The position numbers were made by a program, and so were the translations under genes. A DNA stretch of 64,000 nucleotides. Origin: Nitrososphaerota archaeon. GTDB taxonomy: Archaea; Thermoproteota; Nitrososphaeria; Nitrososphaerales; UBA57. The stretch lies in assembly GCA_013378375.1 (NCBI GenBank), contig JACAFT010000002.1, forward strand, positions 13,802-77,801, read 5' to 3'. The notes below the pieces were generated by a model. That model worked only from the letters and a program-made list of their open reading frames with translations. It made no database searches and was not told where the DNA came from. Positions 63,608 through 64,000 of the stretch are shown one piece after another. Positions within the stretch are counted from its first letter, which is position 1; every line of letters begins with the position of its first letter.

Positions 63608-64000
63608 ATGAATGGAAAAGCAAAAGTTCATGGGGCTATTTCTGTTGTCAATGCAATAGCTACTGGCAAAGGTTCAGCTCTGGGTATTTCTTTAGAAACT
63701 AATGCTGAAGTTACTCTTCATTCTGATGATCTTATACAAGTTATTATTAATGATGATCTTTCTGAAGACTCTACGCTTGCAAAAGAATGTTTTAAAATAG
63801 TTCGGAAAAAAACCTCACAAACTAGTGGAGCAAAAATTGTTATTGATTCAAATATTCCTATTGGTAAAGGCCTAAAAAGTTCAAGTGCCGCTGCTAATGC
63901 AATTATTTTAGCATCTCTTAATGCGTTTGATATGAAATTACCTGATTTAGACGTTCTAAATTTATCAGTAGAAGCTTCTAAGAAATCCAACGTTACTATT
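63608..64000 (+). CDS. aroK: Archaeal GHMP-type shikimate kinase, 3' end outside the window
   Basis: Not in the ORF track because there is no stop in the window. ATG 63608; MNGKAKVHGAISVVNAIATGKG and the GHMP motif PIGKGLKSSSAAANA. Confidence 0.8.
   Translation, partial: MNGKAKVHGAISVVNAIATGKGSALGISLETNAEVTLHSDDLIQVIINDDLSEDSTLAKECFKIVRKKTSQTSGAKIVIDSNIPIGKGLKSSSAAANAIILASLNAFDMKLPDLDVLNLSVEASKKSNVTI

Noticed and set aside
1-64000. Search for CRISPR arrays, IS elements, prophage or defence islands, toxin-antitoxin pairs and rRNA genes.
   Set aside because: None found. The only tandem repeat is the 12-nt coding repeat at 5097-5144. Every gene of substantial size falls into a housekeeping or conserved-hypothetical category.

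Overview
AT-rich, very gene-dense archaeal chromosomal segment. No rRNA, CRISPR array, IS element or prophage was seen. The gene content fits a marine ammonia-oxidising thaumarchaeon (Nitrosopumilales-like). This is inference from the genes present, since no database search was possible: TFB, Topo VI, aIF1A/aIF2-beta/SUI1, A-type ATP synthase, the ADH-synthase/DHQ-synthase-II shikimate route, a membrane cupredoxin, a Sulfolobus-type Zn-ferredoxin and multi-intron tRNAs. Main blocks, in order: (1) a scattered A-type ATPase set (atpF, atpE, atpA-B-D-K) interrupted by mrp/apbC, an MFS transporter and a cupredoxin; (2) divergent pyrI/pyrB; (3) class II RNR (nrdJ) with an unusual wHTH/ATP-cone neighbour; (4) four tRNAs, three of them intron-bearing; (5) inositol-phosphate synthase; (6) a lysine/DAP operon (dapA-dapB-lysA-aminotransferase); (7) ferredoxin and a DUF59 protein; (8) an S2P protease; (9) a SAM-cycle/salvage trio (ahcY-mtnP-apt); (10) a translation/ribosome-biogenesis cluster (aIF2-beta, aIF1A, Rio1, KH protein) followed by top6B/top6A; (11) uppP, proS, tfb; (12) a nine-gene purine operon (purS-Q-[small ORF]-L-F-D-E-C-M); (13) cysteine synthase divergent from sufC-sufS-sufU; (14) arcTGT and cysS; (15) the archaeal shikimate operon, running off the window edge. 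Most noteworthy findings: (a) an aromatic-codon-rich 17-codon uORF plus hairpin in the leader of the shikimate operon, a possible leader-peptide attenuator in an archaeon; (b) a wHTH + ATP-cone + Zn-ribbon protein next to an ATP-cone-less nrdJ, with nested inverted repeats in the unusually long nrdJ upstream region, a possible NrdR analogue; (c) an identical 15-bp palindrome upstream of two Fe-S-related transcription units; (d) an unannotated 58-codon double-CxxC ORF translationally coupled between purQ and purL; (e) purF and purD in the same frame, separated only by TGA, with no canonical purD start codon.
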